Below the pieces are notes generated by a model. The model made no database searches and was not told the DNA's origin. It was given only the letters and a program-made list of their open reading frames with translations. Shown here one piece after another: positions 20,935 to 30,150 of a DNA stretch of 64,000 nt. The position numbers and the translations under genes were made by a program. This DNA is from an uncultured Acidobacteriota bacterium (GTDB taxonomy: Bacteria; Acidobacteriota; UBA6911), in the NCBI GenBank assembly GCA_963809485.1, contig CAWEJX010000001.1, forward strand, positions 448,001 through 512,000, read 5' to 3'. Position 1 is the first letter of the stretch. Each line of letters opens with the position of its first letter.

Positions 20935-21017
20935 ATTTTCGAATTGCCCCCGGTTTGCGGATCCGTTTCTGCAGTGGTATTGTGGAAAGGAAAAGGGGCC
21001 GGAAACGAGGATTTTCA

Positions 21018-21641
21018 TTGGACAAATTACCCGAAGGACCCGACTGGACGGAAATGGAGAAACGGCTGGAGCCTGAGTATGTATCCTTTTTCCAGGAATC
21101 CATGGGCATGCCGGCCGAGGTCGCAGGTGAGGTTTTCAAGGCTTTTGCCGAGGATCAGAAGGAAGCCGCCCTGAGAGAAGGAACCGACCGGCTGCCGGAA
21201 TCATTCGGCGATATTCTCCTGGAGCGGGAGCAGACCGATGAACAGGTCCGGGCTGCATTCGCCCCCAAGAGAGCCGAAGGCGTGAGCGACGAGGATATAG
21301 CCCTCTGGTGGAATATGCACGACCTGGAACGGCGGATGATATGCAAAGTCGACGAAATGAACCGGATCCTGCTCTTTGAGAAGCTCGTGCAAGGCGAAGG
21401 GGTTACCGAACTTGAAGCGGCCCGCGCCGTAGCCAGGCACTTTCCCGTCTACGGCGACCCGGCCCATCTTGTCCTGGAGACCGAGGACGACCGGCCCCTG
21501 CCCTTCGAATTGAAATGGCGCGTGAACCATTACATAGCGGAAAAAACAAAAACCGATCCCGACGGCTTCAAAGAGGAAGCGGAGGCCTCTACTTCCCTTA
21601 ATGCGCTCCTGCGCAAAGCAATCAAACAGGATGAGCTCTGA
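21018..21641 (+). CDS. Hypothetical acidic alpha-helical protein
   Basis: Natural-looking composition; TTG start after a GAGGA RBS; no recognised motif. Confidence 0.65.
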   Translation: MDKLPEGPDWTEMEKRLEPEYVSFFQESMGMPAEVAGEVFKAFAEDQKEAALREGTDRLPESFGDILLEREQTDEQVRAAFAPKRAEGVSDEDIALWWNMHDLERRMICKVDEMNRILLFEKLVQGEGVTELEAARAVARHFPVYGDPAHLVLETEDDRPLPFELKWRVNHYIAEKTKTDPDGFKEEAEASTSLNALLRKAIKQDEL

Positions 21642-21673
21642 CACGCGGAACGCTTTGATAATGGCGAGTTAAT

Positions 21674-22066
21674 TACCTCCGGCAAAGCCGAAGGCTTGCA
21701 GTTGTGAACCGCTCAAAGCGGTTGGACGAGTTCCACTGGCATTAACCGCTGATATACGCGGGCAAAAGCCGATGAGGCGCTTCCGATCCCCGAAGGGACC
21801 AGCGCTCCGCGCTGGAACGTTTTCTGCGGCGGCACTGTGGCAAACGCCCTGATTTTCAAAACCTCCATCTCCTTGCCGCGCGGCGCTTGCCACAGTGCCG
21901 CCGCAGAAAACTTCATCGGAAGTGCCTCATCGGCTTTTGCTCGCTGACCCTCGCCGAATCAATCGACATTTATCAGCGCTTTTGTCAGCGTATGTCAGCG
22001 TTTCAAAATCCGGAGCTTTCAAACTCCATGAGTCGCCCGGCAGAGCCGGGGGTTTACCAATTGAAT
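21674..22066. mobile_element. Non-autonomous IS200-like palindromic element, copy C (diverged; central 43 bp inverted)
   Basis: Same terminal hairpins and nested inverted repeats as copies A and B; abuts the TGA of the acyl-CoA ligase. Confidence 0.75.
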
Positions 22067-24228
22067 CAGGCCTCCGCCGGCTGATGCTTTTCCGGCTCGG
22101 CGTAGCCGTTTTGGTCTACCAGCAGGATGCGCGCATCGACCACACGGGCGCCGGATCCGCTGGGAAGCACGATCAAGGGATTGATATCCATCTCGCCAAT
22201 CTCGGGAAAATCGATGACCAGTTGAGACAACCGCGTCAGGGATGTCGCAATCGCGTCGATGTCCGACGGAGGTTCGCCGCGGAAGCCCCGCAGCAGCTTG
22301 ATTCCCTTAATGCCCTCGATCATGTGCTTGGCGCTGAGCTCGCGGATCGGGGCAATGCGGAACGTGACGTCCCGGAAAACCTCCACGTAGATTCCGCCCA
22401 GTCCGAACATAAGCAGCCCGCCGAATTGAGGATCGCGTTTCATCCCCAGAATCGTCTCTTTCCCGCCGCGGACCATTTCCTGTATAAAGACGCCCCAGAT
22501 TTTGGCGCCCTGATTCGCGGCCTTGACCCGCGAAATCAGATCTCCGTAGGCGCTTTTTACATCATCTTCAGATTCCAGGTTGAGTTTTACGCCCCCTACG
22601 TCCACCTTGTGCACGATGTCGGGCGAGACGATCTTCATGGCGACCGGGAATCCTATCTCCTTGGCAGCGCGCACCGCATCGGCTTCATCTGTCACAAGGC
22701 TGGAACGCGTCATCGGCAGCCCATAGGCGCGAAGGACCGCGTGCGCTTCGGGCTCCGGCAAAAACTTTCGTCCCTCGCTCCTGGCTTTGGCCAGGATTTC
22801 CCGCACCTTGTCTGGATTCACATCGTCGAAATGCTTTACTTCGGTGCGCGGCCTGGCCCGCCACCGGGCGTACCGGGCCATGGCGCCCAGCGCCCGGGCG
22901 GCATCCTCCGGGAAGCGGTAATGCGGGATCTGGGCCTCCTCGAGAATCTTCAATGAATCCTCGATGTCTCCCGTCGCCATGTAGACGGAAAAAACCGGCT
23001 TGTCGGCAAACTTCACCTGCGTGGCAATGGTGCTGGAGGTGGCCTCAAGATTCGTCAGCATTTGCGGTACCACGATGACAATAACCCCGTCCACGCCATT
23101 ATCGGACAGGACTCCCTGCAAGGCGAGCTGGTACCTTGTCTCGTCGGCATCTCCGACCAGATCAATGGGATTGTTCAGGCTCACGGCCGGAGGCAGGTGC
23201 GACTTCAAAATAGATCGCGTCCTGGGCGTTAACTGGGAAAGCTCTAGCCCGTGGCGCACCGCGGCGTCCGTTGCCATGATTCCGGGCCCGCCCGCGTTGG
23301 TGACTATGGCGACGCGACGCCCGCGCGGTAGCGGTTGGTTGGCAAAGGCAATGCCGAACCGGAACAATTCCTCGAGAGTTTCAACACGAAGCACGCCGCA
23401 CTGAGCGAACAGCGAATCATAGACTTCATCGGAACCGGACAGCGCGCCCGTATGAGAGGCTGCCGCTTTTGCTCCCTCCATGGTTCTGCCCGATTTGACC
23501 GCCAGGATCGGCTTTTTTTCCGAGACCCGCGCCGCCAGGCTCAAAAATTCCCTGGGTTGTTCCAGGTCCTCCACGTAGAGCAGGATGACATCCGTCATCG
23601 GGTCATCCGCCAAAGCCTCCAGAACATTGTTCTCGTTGGTGTCCGCCTTATTCCCTATAGAGATAAACTTGGAGAATCCAATCTTTTCCCCAGCTGCATA
23701 TTCCAGAGCCGCAACCCCGACAGCCCCGCTTTGCGAAATGAAGGCGATCCTGCCTTGCAGGGGGAAACTGCGGGAGAAGGTGGCATTCAGGGAGATCCCG
23801 GGATCGGTGTTGATCACCCCGAAACAATTGGGCCCGACCACAGCCATTCCGTGGCTTTGCGCGATTTCCTGAAGCTGATGCTCCAGCTCGATGCCCTGCC
23901 CCCCGATTTCCTTGAAACCGGCGCTGATGACAATCGCTCCCTTGCATCCTTTGCTCCCCGCGTCCTTCAGGACTTGGGGAACCAGGCCCGCAGGGACCAG
24001 GATGACTGCGAGGTCCACATCGTCCGGCACATCCAGCACCGAGGGATAGGCCCGGACTCCCAGCACGTGTTTCGCCTTGGTGTTTACGGGATACACGCAG
24101 CCGTCGTAGCCCGCAAAGAGCAGGTTGGCAAATACGGCGCGGCCCAGGCTCTGGGGCTTTGCCGACGCGCCGATTACGGCCACGGACCGGGGTGCAAAAA
24201 TCGCTTTGAGCTGCTCTGATTTATTCAC
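22066..24228 (-). CDS. ADP-forming acyl-CoA synthetase (acetate-CoA ligase, alpha-beta fusion)
   Basis: PRSVAVIGAS, VGPNCFG, SQSGA, AAASHTGAL (phospho-His), NPIDLVGDA and ATP-grasp HKVDVGGV...DINPL; no GNAT domain. Confidence 0.92.
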   Translation of the reverse strand: MNKSEQLKAIFAPRSVAVIGASAKPQSLGRAVFANLLFAGYDGCVYPVNTKAKHVLGVRAYPSVLDVPDDVDLAVILVPAGLVPQVLKDAGSKGCKGAIVISAGFKEIGGQGIELEHQLQEIAQSHGMAVVGPNCFGVINTDPGISLNATFSRSFPLQGRIAFISQSGAVGVAALEYAAGEKIGFSKFISIGNKADTNENNVLEALADDPMTDVILLYVEDLEQPREFLSLAARVSEKKPILAVKSGRTMEGAKAAASHTGALSGSDEVYDSLFAQCGVLRVETLEELFRFGIAFANQPLPRGRRVAIVTNAGGPGIMATDAAVRHGLELSQLTPRTRSILKSHLPPAVSLNNPIDLVGDADETRYQLALQGVLSDNGVDGVIVIVVPQMLTNLEATSSTIATQVKFADKPVFSVYMATGDIEDSLKILEEAQIPHYRFPEDAARALGAMARYARWRARPRTEVKHFDDVNPDKVREILAKARSEGRKFLPEPEAHAVLRAYGLPMTRSSLVTDEADAVRAAKEIGFPVAMKIVSPDIVHKVDVGGVKLNLESEDDVKSAYGDLISRVKAANQGAKIWGVFIQEMVRGGKETILGMKRDPQFGGLLMFGLGGIYVEVFRDVTFRIAPIRELSAKHMIEGIKGIKLLRGFRGEPPSDIDAIATSLTRLSQLVIDFPEIGEMDINPLIVLPSGSGARVVDARILLVDQNGYAEPEKHQPAEA

Positions 24229-24721
24229 GTTTGGGAACCCTTTTTATAGGAATATTCTGGAAACTGTCGCCATTGAGACGAAACACTCCGACAGCAGGCA
24301 CGGACGGATCGACAACGGATACGATATAGGAAAGCAAATCGGGATCGGAATTCAGCGCCAGGTCCACGGCTGAAGGCTCGGCGGGCAAGAAACGATGGGA
24401 GTGGAAAACACCGACGAAAGCCTCATTGTGCAAAGCCATCCCATCGAGCACCTGTTTGACCTCCGGTGCGGAGATCACGAAACCCAGGTCGGGGTTCCGG
24501 TAGAACTCCCCATAAGACTCGAAAATGGCTTTCCATTCAGGCTCATTCCTGAGATTCGTCGAGCAAGGATAAATGCTGGTTGGGTGATAAAGATCCTTCC
24601 CGCCGACCAGGCCGAACGCTTTGTGCGGCAAGGGATGGAGGCAGGTGTGTATCAGTTCGCCGAACAATGATTCACTGATAAAGACTTCATGCCCTCCCGG
24701 CTTATCCTGTCGGACAGGCAT
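24221..24721 (-). CDS. JAB/MPN (Mov34) domain protein
   Basis: GVFHSHRFLPAEPSAVD matches the JAMM HxH-x7-S-x2-D motif; overlaps the ligase start by 8 nt. Confidence 0.8.
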   Translation of the reverse strand: MPVRQDKPGGHEVFISESLFGELIHTCLHPLPHKAFGLVGGKDLYHPTSIYPCSTNLRNEPEWKAIFESYGEFYRNPDLGFVISAPEVKQVLDGMALHNEAFVGVFHSHRFLPAEPSAVDLALNSDPDLLSYIVSVVDPSVPAVGVFRLNGDSFQNIPIKRVPKRE

Positions 24722-24873
24722 TTTATTCAGGCCGTTCAAATTCTGTGTTTCTCGCAACATCAGCAAAACTATAGCAGAACGTCCGCAGGCCGCAAATGCC
24801 TTTGGAACGCGCAAGTTCCGGTACTCCCCGGCGGTTGGAAAGAATGGCAAAATCAATGGCGGCTACGCAATTC

Positions 24874-25275
24874 GTCAGGTACCTCCGGCAAAACCGTAGG
24901 CTTGAAAGATTTGAACCGCTCAAGGCGGTTGGAGGAGTTACGCCGGTCTTGAACGCTGACTTACGCGGGCAAAAGCCGATGAGGCGCTTCCGATCCCCGC
25001 AGGGGCCAGCGCTCCGCGCCGGACAGTTTTCTGCGGCGGCACTGTGGCAAGCGCCGTGCGGCAAGGAGATGAAGGGTATGAGAAACCAGGCGTTTGCCAC
25101 AGTGCCGCCGCAGAAAACTCCATCGGAAGCGCCTCATCGGCTTTTGCTCGCCGACCCTCGCCGAACAAATCGGCGTTTGTCAGCGCTTTTATCAGCGTTT
25201 CTCAGCGTTTCAAAATACGGAGCTGTCAAACTCTTTGAGTCTCTCGGCAGAGCCGGGAGTTTACCACGGTAATTA
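24874..25275. mobile_element. Non-autonomous IS200-like palindromic element, copy B
   Basis: Same length (402 bp) and near-identical to copy A. Outer inverted repeat 24965-24994 / 25122-25151; perfect inner inverted repeat 25026-25050 / 25094-25118. Confidence 0.78.
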
Positions 25276-25414
25276 AAATCCGAAGACGCTATGGGTACCC
25301 AATCCGGACATGGTCCGTTTGTCAGCGCCTTTATCTGCGCTTGCCGGCGGCACCGGACCCCGAAACGGTCCAACCCTATGAGGCTCCGGGCAATGCACGG
25401 GATTTGCCGATGAA

Positions 25415-26608
25415 TCAGAGAACACCATCGGCCTTCAGTTTGTCAATGCTGGCGGCATCGTACCCCAGCACCTCGGAAAGAACCTCAGCCGTATGCTGTC
25501 CCAGAAGAGGGGGAGGCCTGCGAATGGAAGCCTCGGCCTCGGAGTACTTCACCGGGATTCCGGCCAGTTTGATTTTCCCGGCCGTCGGATGCTCAATCTC
25601 CGCCAGCATTTTTCGATGGAGCACCTGGGGATTGCTGAAAACCTCATCCATAGTATTGATGGGGGCGCAAGGAATGGCTTCCCTGTTCAACAGTTCCACC
25701 CATTCATCACGGTTTCGGGTTTTCATAAATGGAGCCAGGATGCCGATACACTCCGTGCGGTTCTGAACCCGAAGAGGATTTGTTTTAAAGCGCGGATCCT
25801 CCGCCAGCTCCGGCCTGCCGAGCACCTTGCAGAATTTGATCCAGAGCTGATCATTTCCCACGGCAACAATCACATACTTGTCCTTGGTCTCGAATCCCTG
25901 GTAGGGAACGATAGTTTCATGGGCAGTTCCCCACCGTCTGGGAATTTCACCCGAAACCAGGTAAGAACTGGCGATATTAACCAGGGCCGAAACCTGGGTT
26001 TCCAGAAGCGACAGGTCGATCCGCTGCCCCCGGCCCGTCTTCTCCCGCGCGTAGAGGGCGGCGCAGATAGCGCCTTGCGCGGATATGCCTGTAGTCACAT
26101 CCGTTATGGCGACACCCACTTTTACCGGAGGGCCATCCGGTTCACCCGTAATTCCCATCAGCCCGCCAAGTGCAGATACGGCCAGGTCATAACCGGCACG
26201 GTTGCGATAGGGGCCATCCGGCCCGAAGCCGGTTATGGAACAGTAGATAATGCCGGGATTGATCTCACGGATAGTTTCATACCCGACTCCCAGGCCCTCG
26301 GTTGTACCCGGAGTAAAATTCTCGAGGAAAACATCCGATTTTTGAGCCAGGGATTTGATGATCCCGATGCCTTCGGGCTTCTTCATGTCGACCGTAATGC
26401 TTCGTTTATTACGGTTGACGCACAGGAAATAGGCGCTTTCGCCCGGAGCGGCGAATGGCGGCCCCCAATGCCGGGTTTCGTCCCCGACGCCCGGCCGTTC
26501 GACCTTGATGACGTCGGCACCCAGGTCTCCCAGTATCATGGAACAATAGGGGCCTGCCAGGACTCTGGAGAGATCGAGCACTCGGATACCACTCAGTAGA
26601 CCTTCCAT
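25415..26608 (-). CDS. Family III CoA-transferase (CaiB/BaiF; succinyl-CoA:glutarate CoA-transferase-like)
   Basis: LSGIRVLDLSRVLAGP, DLGADVIKVE, NRNKRSI, catalytic Asp in VAITDVTTG, and PPLLGQHT. Confidence 0.92.
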   Translation of the reverse strand: MEGLLSGIRVLDLSRVLAGPYCSMILGDLGADVIKVERPGVGDETRHWGPPFAAPGESAYFLCVNRNKRSITVDMKKPEGIGIIKSLAQKSDVFLENFTPGTTEGLGVGYETIREINPGIIYCSITGFGPDGPYRNRAGYDLAVSALGGLMGITGEPDGPPVKVGVAITDVTTGISAQGAICAALYAREKTGRGQRIDLSLLETQVSALVNIASSYLVSGEIPRRWGTAHETIVPYQGFETKDKYVIVAVGNDQLWIKFCKVLGRPELAEDPRFKTNPLRVQNRTECIGILAPFMKTRNRDEWVELLNREAIPCAPINTMDEVFSNPQVLHRKMLAEIEHPTAGKIKLAGIPVKYSEAEASIRRPPPLLGQHTAEVLSEVLGYDAASIDKLKADGVL

Positions 26609-26644
26609 AAAATTTGATTCTCCAAAATTGCGGAAATGTCAAGC

Positions 26645-26745
26645 CTTGGAGTGTGGCAGCTTGCTGCCTTTAAAGCAGTTCGAGAAAAAAACCATCTGGC
26701 CCCTAACAGGGAGTGCGCAAGCAAGCCTGCACACTCCCTGTTAGG
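26645..26745. repeat. REP-like sequence with a long hairpin (possible terminator)
   Basis: TTGGAGTGTGGCAGCTTGCTGCC and the hairpin CCTAACAGGGAGTG...CACTCCCTGTTAGG. Confidence 0.5.
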
Positions 26746-26770
26746 CGTTTCAAGGAGCTTGTAGCGCCTG

Positions 26771-27202
26771 TCAAGCCTTTTGAAAGACGTAATTCAGCTG
26801 GTCGTTGGGCAATTTGTTGGCCACCGCCTTCATTTCCATGCCGATCTTGATCTCATCCTCCGCAAGGTTTTTATCGATTCTGCCGAAGACCTTATAATTT
26901 CCGTAGTCTATCACGGCAATGCAATAGGGAAGGTCCCCTTCAAATCCCATCGGGCCAAACTGCAGCTTGCTGTAAGCCAACAGTTTGCCTTTGCCGGCAA
27001 CTTCGAACCATTCCATTTCGCTGGACAGGCACTGGAAGCAATCCGCCCTAGGTGGGAAGAACTGGAGGCCGCATTTTTTGCATTGGGTCCCCATCACTTT
27101 GCCCTGTTCCAGATAGCCGACAAAATCATTCGTCTTTGTAATAGCCGTGAAGCTCACAGTTCCAAACTTCTTGAAGCGATCGTCGACTTCCTTTTTCGCC
27201 AT
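26771..27202 (-). CDS. DUF35 Zn-ribbon/OB-fold acyl-CoA-binding protein (thiolase partner)
   Basis: CKKCG...FPPRADCFQC zinc ribbon plus OB fold; directly downstream of the thiolase. Confidence 0.9.
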   Translation of the reverse strand: MAKKEVDDRFKKFGTVSFTAITKTNDFVGYLEQGKVMGTQCKKCGLQFFPPRADCFQCLSSEMEWFEVAGKGKLLAYSKLQFGPMGFEGDLPYCIAVIDYGNYKVFGRIDKNLAEDEIKIGMEMKAVANKLPNDQLNYVFQKA

Positions 27203-27203
27203 G

Positions 27204-28373
27204 TCAGGACCTCCCAAGAATAATAATGTTAGCGTAAAGACCTACGCCGCCGACGTTATGGACCAGCCCGATCTCCGGGTTTTTGACCTGCATGTCGCCC
27301 ATTTCCCCCCTGAGCTGAAGCACGATGGTCCGGACCTGAGAACCGCCCGTGGCGCCGATCGGATGCCCTTTGGACAGAAGGCCCCCATCGACGTTCACGG
27401 GGATGCTACCTTCTTTGTAAGTCTCCTTACTCTTGATGAGGTCTTTACCTTCACCCGGCCTCGCAAAACCCAGGCCTTCATACGCTATTAATTCAGAAAT
27501 TGTAAAGCAATCATGAACTTCCGCTACGTTAACATTTCCGGGCGTAATCCCCGCCATCTTATAGGCCGTTTTGCCGGCGATGTCTGCAACATCCAGGCCG
27601 GCGAAGTCTTTTCTGCCAGTCATGTTCACGGGAGCGGACGCAGAGCCTATGCCCAAGATCCAAACCGGCTTTTTACAGATCGCTTTTGCCTTTTCTTCAC
27701 TGGCAAGGATAAGACAGGAACAGCCATCCGCATTGGCGCAGCAATCTCCTACGCGAAGGGGGCTCGCGACAGGTCCGGACATGGGATTATTCGGATCCGT
27801 GAACATATCGAGAGATACTGCTTTCCGGTAAACGGCCTTTTCGTTGATCTGCCCGTAGGTAGAGGCTTTTACCCTGATGAGTGCCAGATCCTCCAGTGTC
27901 GTGCCGTACTTTTCCATATGGCCCTTGGCGAACATGGCGTAGTAAGCCGGCATCATCGTTCCAAAGGGGCTTTCCCATTGGACATCTGTTCCGCGTCCCA
28001 TTCTTTCCTGGGATTCCGCCGAGGATATCTCGGACATTTTCTGAAAACCTATGACTGCCACAATGTCGTGAAGGCCTGATTTGATGAGAGAATAAGCCAG
28101 CTTTACTCCGGTAGTGCTCGAGGAACAAAGGCTCTCGACATAAAAGGTCGGTTGTGGAGTTAGCCCGAGGTATTCTGCAAATACTCCCGATGGTGACCGC
28201 TGCTTATCGTATTCAGGCGCCGAGCAGACAATCGAGGCCTCAATGTCTTTCGCCGAAATTTGGGCATCAATCATGCAATCCTTAAAACCTTCAAAGGCCA
28301 GCTCTCGAATGGATCCGGGATAGCCCCGGACAAAGGCTGTCTGGCCTACGCCAATCACTGCCACTCTTCCCAT
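27204..28373 (-). CDS. Thiolase (SCP-x/archaeal-type acetyl-CoA acyltransferase)
   Basis: VESLCSSS (catalytic Cys), AEVHDCFT and VNVDGGLLSKGHPIGATG. Confidence 0.92.
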   Translation of the reverse strand: MGRVAVIGVGQTAFVRGYPGSIRELAFEGFKDCMIDAQISAKDIEASIVCSAPEYDKQRSPSGVFAEYLGLTPQPTFYVESLCSSSTTGVKLAYSLIKSGLHDIVAVIGFQKMSEISSAESQERMGRGTDVQWESPFGTMMPAYYAMFAKGHMEKYGTTLEDLALIRVKASTYGQINEKAVYRKAVSLDMFTDPNNPMSGPVASPLRVGDCCANADGCSCLILASEEKAKAICKKPVWILGIGSASAPVNMTGRKDFAGLDVADIAGKTAYKMAGITPGNVNVAEVHDCFTISELIAYEGLGFARPGEGKDLIKSKETYKEGSIPVNVDGGLLSKGHPIGATGGSQVRTIVLQLRGEMGDMQVKNPEIGLVHNVGGVGLYANIIILGRS

Positions 28374-28492
28374 GGATTACCTCCCCTTATTGAGAAATCC
28401 TGCATTTGCGTTCAAAGGCAAATTGCTTCCCCTTTCGAAGATCCCGCTCCGCAGTCTTTTGCGCTGGGCGGAAGACTTCGTCAACGCCGGCA

Positions 28493-29236
28493 TCAGATAT
28501 ATTGCCCGCCGTCGACCTTGATCACCTCTCCCGTTATATGACGGGCTCTTTCCGTGCACAGGAACGTCACAACCCATGCGACTTCTTCCGGTTGTCCCAT
28601 TCTGCCAAGAACGATTTCGGCAAGCGCTTTCTGGCGAACATCGTCAGGGGCCTGCTTGACCATGTCGGTCTCGATCAGCCCGGGAGCGACCGCATTGCAA
28701 TTCACGCTGGACTTGGCAAGCTCGCGCGCCACAGTTTTCGTTAACCCGATGATTCCAGCCTTCGCCGCCGTGTAGTTGGCCTGTCCGAATTTGCCGCGCA
28801 AGCCGTTTATGGAGGTCACGTTGACGATCTTGCCGCTCCCCTGATCCTTGAAAATGGGAGCCACGGCGCGAATGTAATTGAAATACCCTTTGAGGTTGAT
28901 GTCCAGCGCTTCGTCCCACTGCTGCTCGGTCATTTTCCAGATCACGGCATCCCGGTTTACGCCGGCGTTGTTGACCAATATGTCGATGCGCCCCAACTCC
29001 TTTACCACGGTGGCAACCATCGTCTGGGCATCGTCGAAGTTGGCCACATCCGCCTTCACTGCCAGGCCTCGCCGGCCCATAGCGTCGATCTGCTCGCAGA
29101 TTGCCCGCGCCTCGGCATCATGCTTGCGGTAATTGATCGCCACGTTGGCGCCGTTCTTCGCAAGATCCAAAGCGCAGGCGCTTCCGATTCCGAGGCTTGC
29201 CCCGGTAACAATTGCTACTTTGCCTTCAAGTTCCAC
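28493..29236 (-). CDS. FabG-like SDR (3-oxoacyl/3-hydroxyacyl-CoA oxidoreductase)
   Basis: TGASLGIG, LVNNAG, GQANYTAAK and VAPGLIETDM. Confidence 0.9.
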   Translation of the reverse strand: MELEGKVAIVTGASLGIGSACALDLAKNGANVAINYRKHDAEARAICEQIDAMGRRGLAVKADVANFDDAQTMVATVVKELGRIDILVNNAGVNRDAVIWKMTEQQWDEALDINLKGYFNYIRAVAPIFKDQGSGKIVNVTSINGLRGKFGQANYTAAKAGIIGLTKTVARELAKSSVNCNAVAPGLIETDMVKQAPDDVRQKALAEIVLGRMGQPEEVAWVVTFLCTERARHITGEVIKVDGGQYI

Positions 29237-29396
29237 TGTTTTATCCTCCGGAAAATGGAGCTTATGGTTAGACTGCCGGTTGATTCCCTAAACCTGGATT
29301 TACAGAAACAATGCCTCACTTATAGCTTTATTTGCCGAATAATTCCACAACCAAGAAAGAATTGAGCATCTGCAAATTCAGCTTTTGTGTATTTAT

Positions 29397-29463
29397 GGGG
29401 CGGCCGGAAGGCCGCCCGCGCAAATCCTTGAGATCCATCAACGGGCAGCCCTCCGGCCGCCCC
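29397..29463. repeat. REP-like inverted repeat downstream of bamI
   Basis: GGGGCGGCCGGAAGG ... CCCTCCGGCCGCCCC. Confidence 0.5.
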
Positions 29464-29485
29464 AAAAAAAATTCACCGGAACCGT

Positions 29486-30082
29486 TCAAGGATTTTTTGC
29501 AGGAAACGCGAGCGCTTCGGTCAGGACGTATGCAGCCTGCAGCGCCGAAGTCGGGCAAAGCGGAAAACACTCTTTGCAGTTCCAGCACTCTTGCGCGGCT
29601 ATCTCCGGAACGAAGCTGATTTCCCGTTTGGGCCCTCTTTCAACGAATCCGACGGCGTTTTTCTTCTTGACCTCAGCACAGTATCGGACACACAGTCCAC
29701 AAAGGATGCAAAATGAAGACTCTTTTTCAAAACGGTCTTTGTCCGCTCCATACAGTTGAGCCAATTTCTGCAATTCCGGGGAATCCGGAGCATGAGCCAG
29801 TTGCTCTTCCAAAAGCATCTTGCGGATTTTATCCACCTTCTCGGATCTGGTTCTCACGACCAGGCCTTTTTCTACCGGACGAACGCAGGCAGCAACCAAA
29901 CTTGTCCTGCCGCCGATTTCCACTTCCACCGTGCAAATTCGACAAGCCCCATAGGGCTCCAGTTTTTCGTGGTGACAGAGAGTAGGTATCAAAACCCCCA
30001 CACTTTGGGCGGCATCCAGAACGGTCATCTCTTCCGTTGCTTTAACTTCCCTACCATCAATCTGTAAAAGGATTTCACTCAT
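29486..30082 (-). CDS. bamI: Benzoyl-CoA reductase class II subunit BamI (NuoG N-terminal-like [2Fe-2S]/[4Fe-4S])
   Basis: IPTLCHH...GACRIC...AAC, CILCGLCVRYC and CWNCKECFPLCP; last gene of the bam operon. Confidence 0.88.
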   Translation of the reverse strand: MSEILLQIDGREVKATEEMTVLDAAQSVGVLIPTLCHHEKLEPYGACRICTVEVEIGGRTSLVAACVRPVEKGLVVRTRSEKVDKIRKMLLEEQLAHAPDSPELQKLAQLYGADKDRFEKESSFCILCGLCVRYCAEVKKKNAVGFVERGPKREISFVPEIAAQECWNCKECFPLCPTSALQAAYVLTEALAFPAKNP

Positions 30083-30150
30083 CTTTCCTTACCTTCTCTG
30101 GCCATGCTTCTGGCTTCTTCAGCAATAGGAGGATGTGCACCGGACCCATC

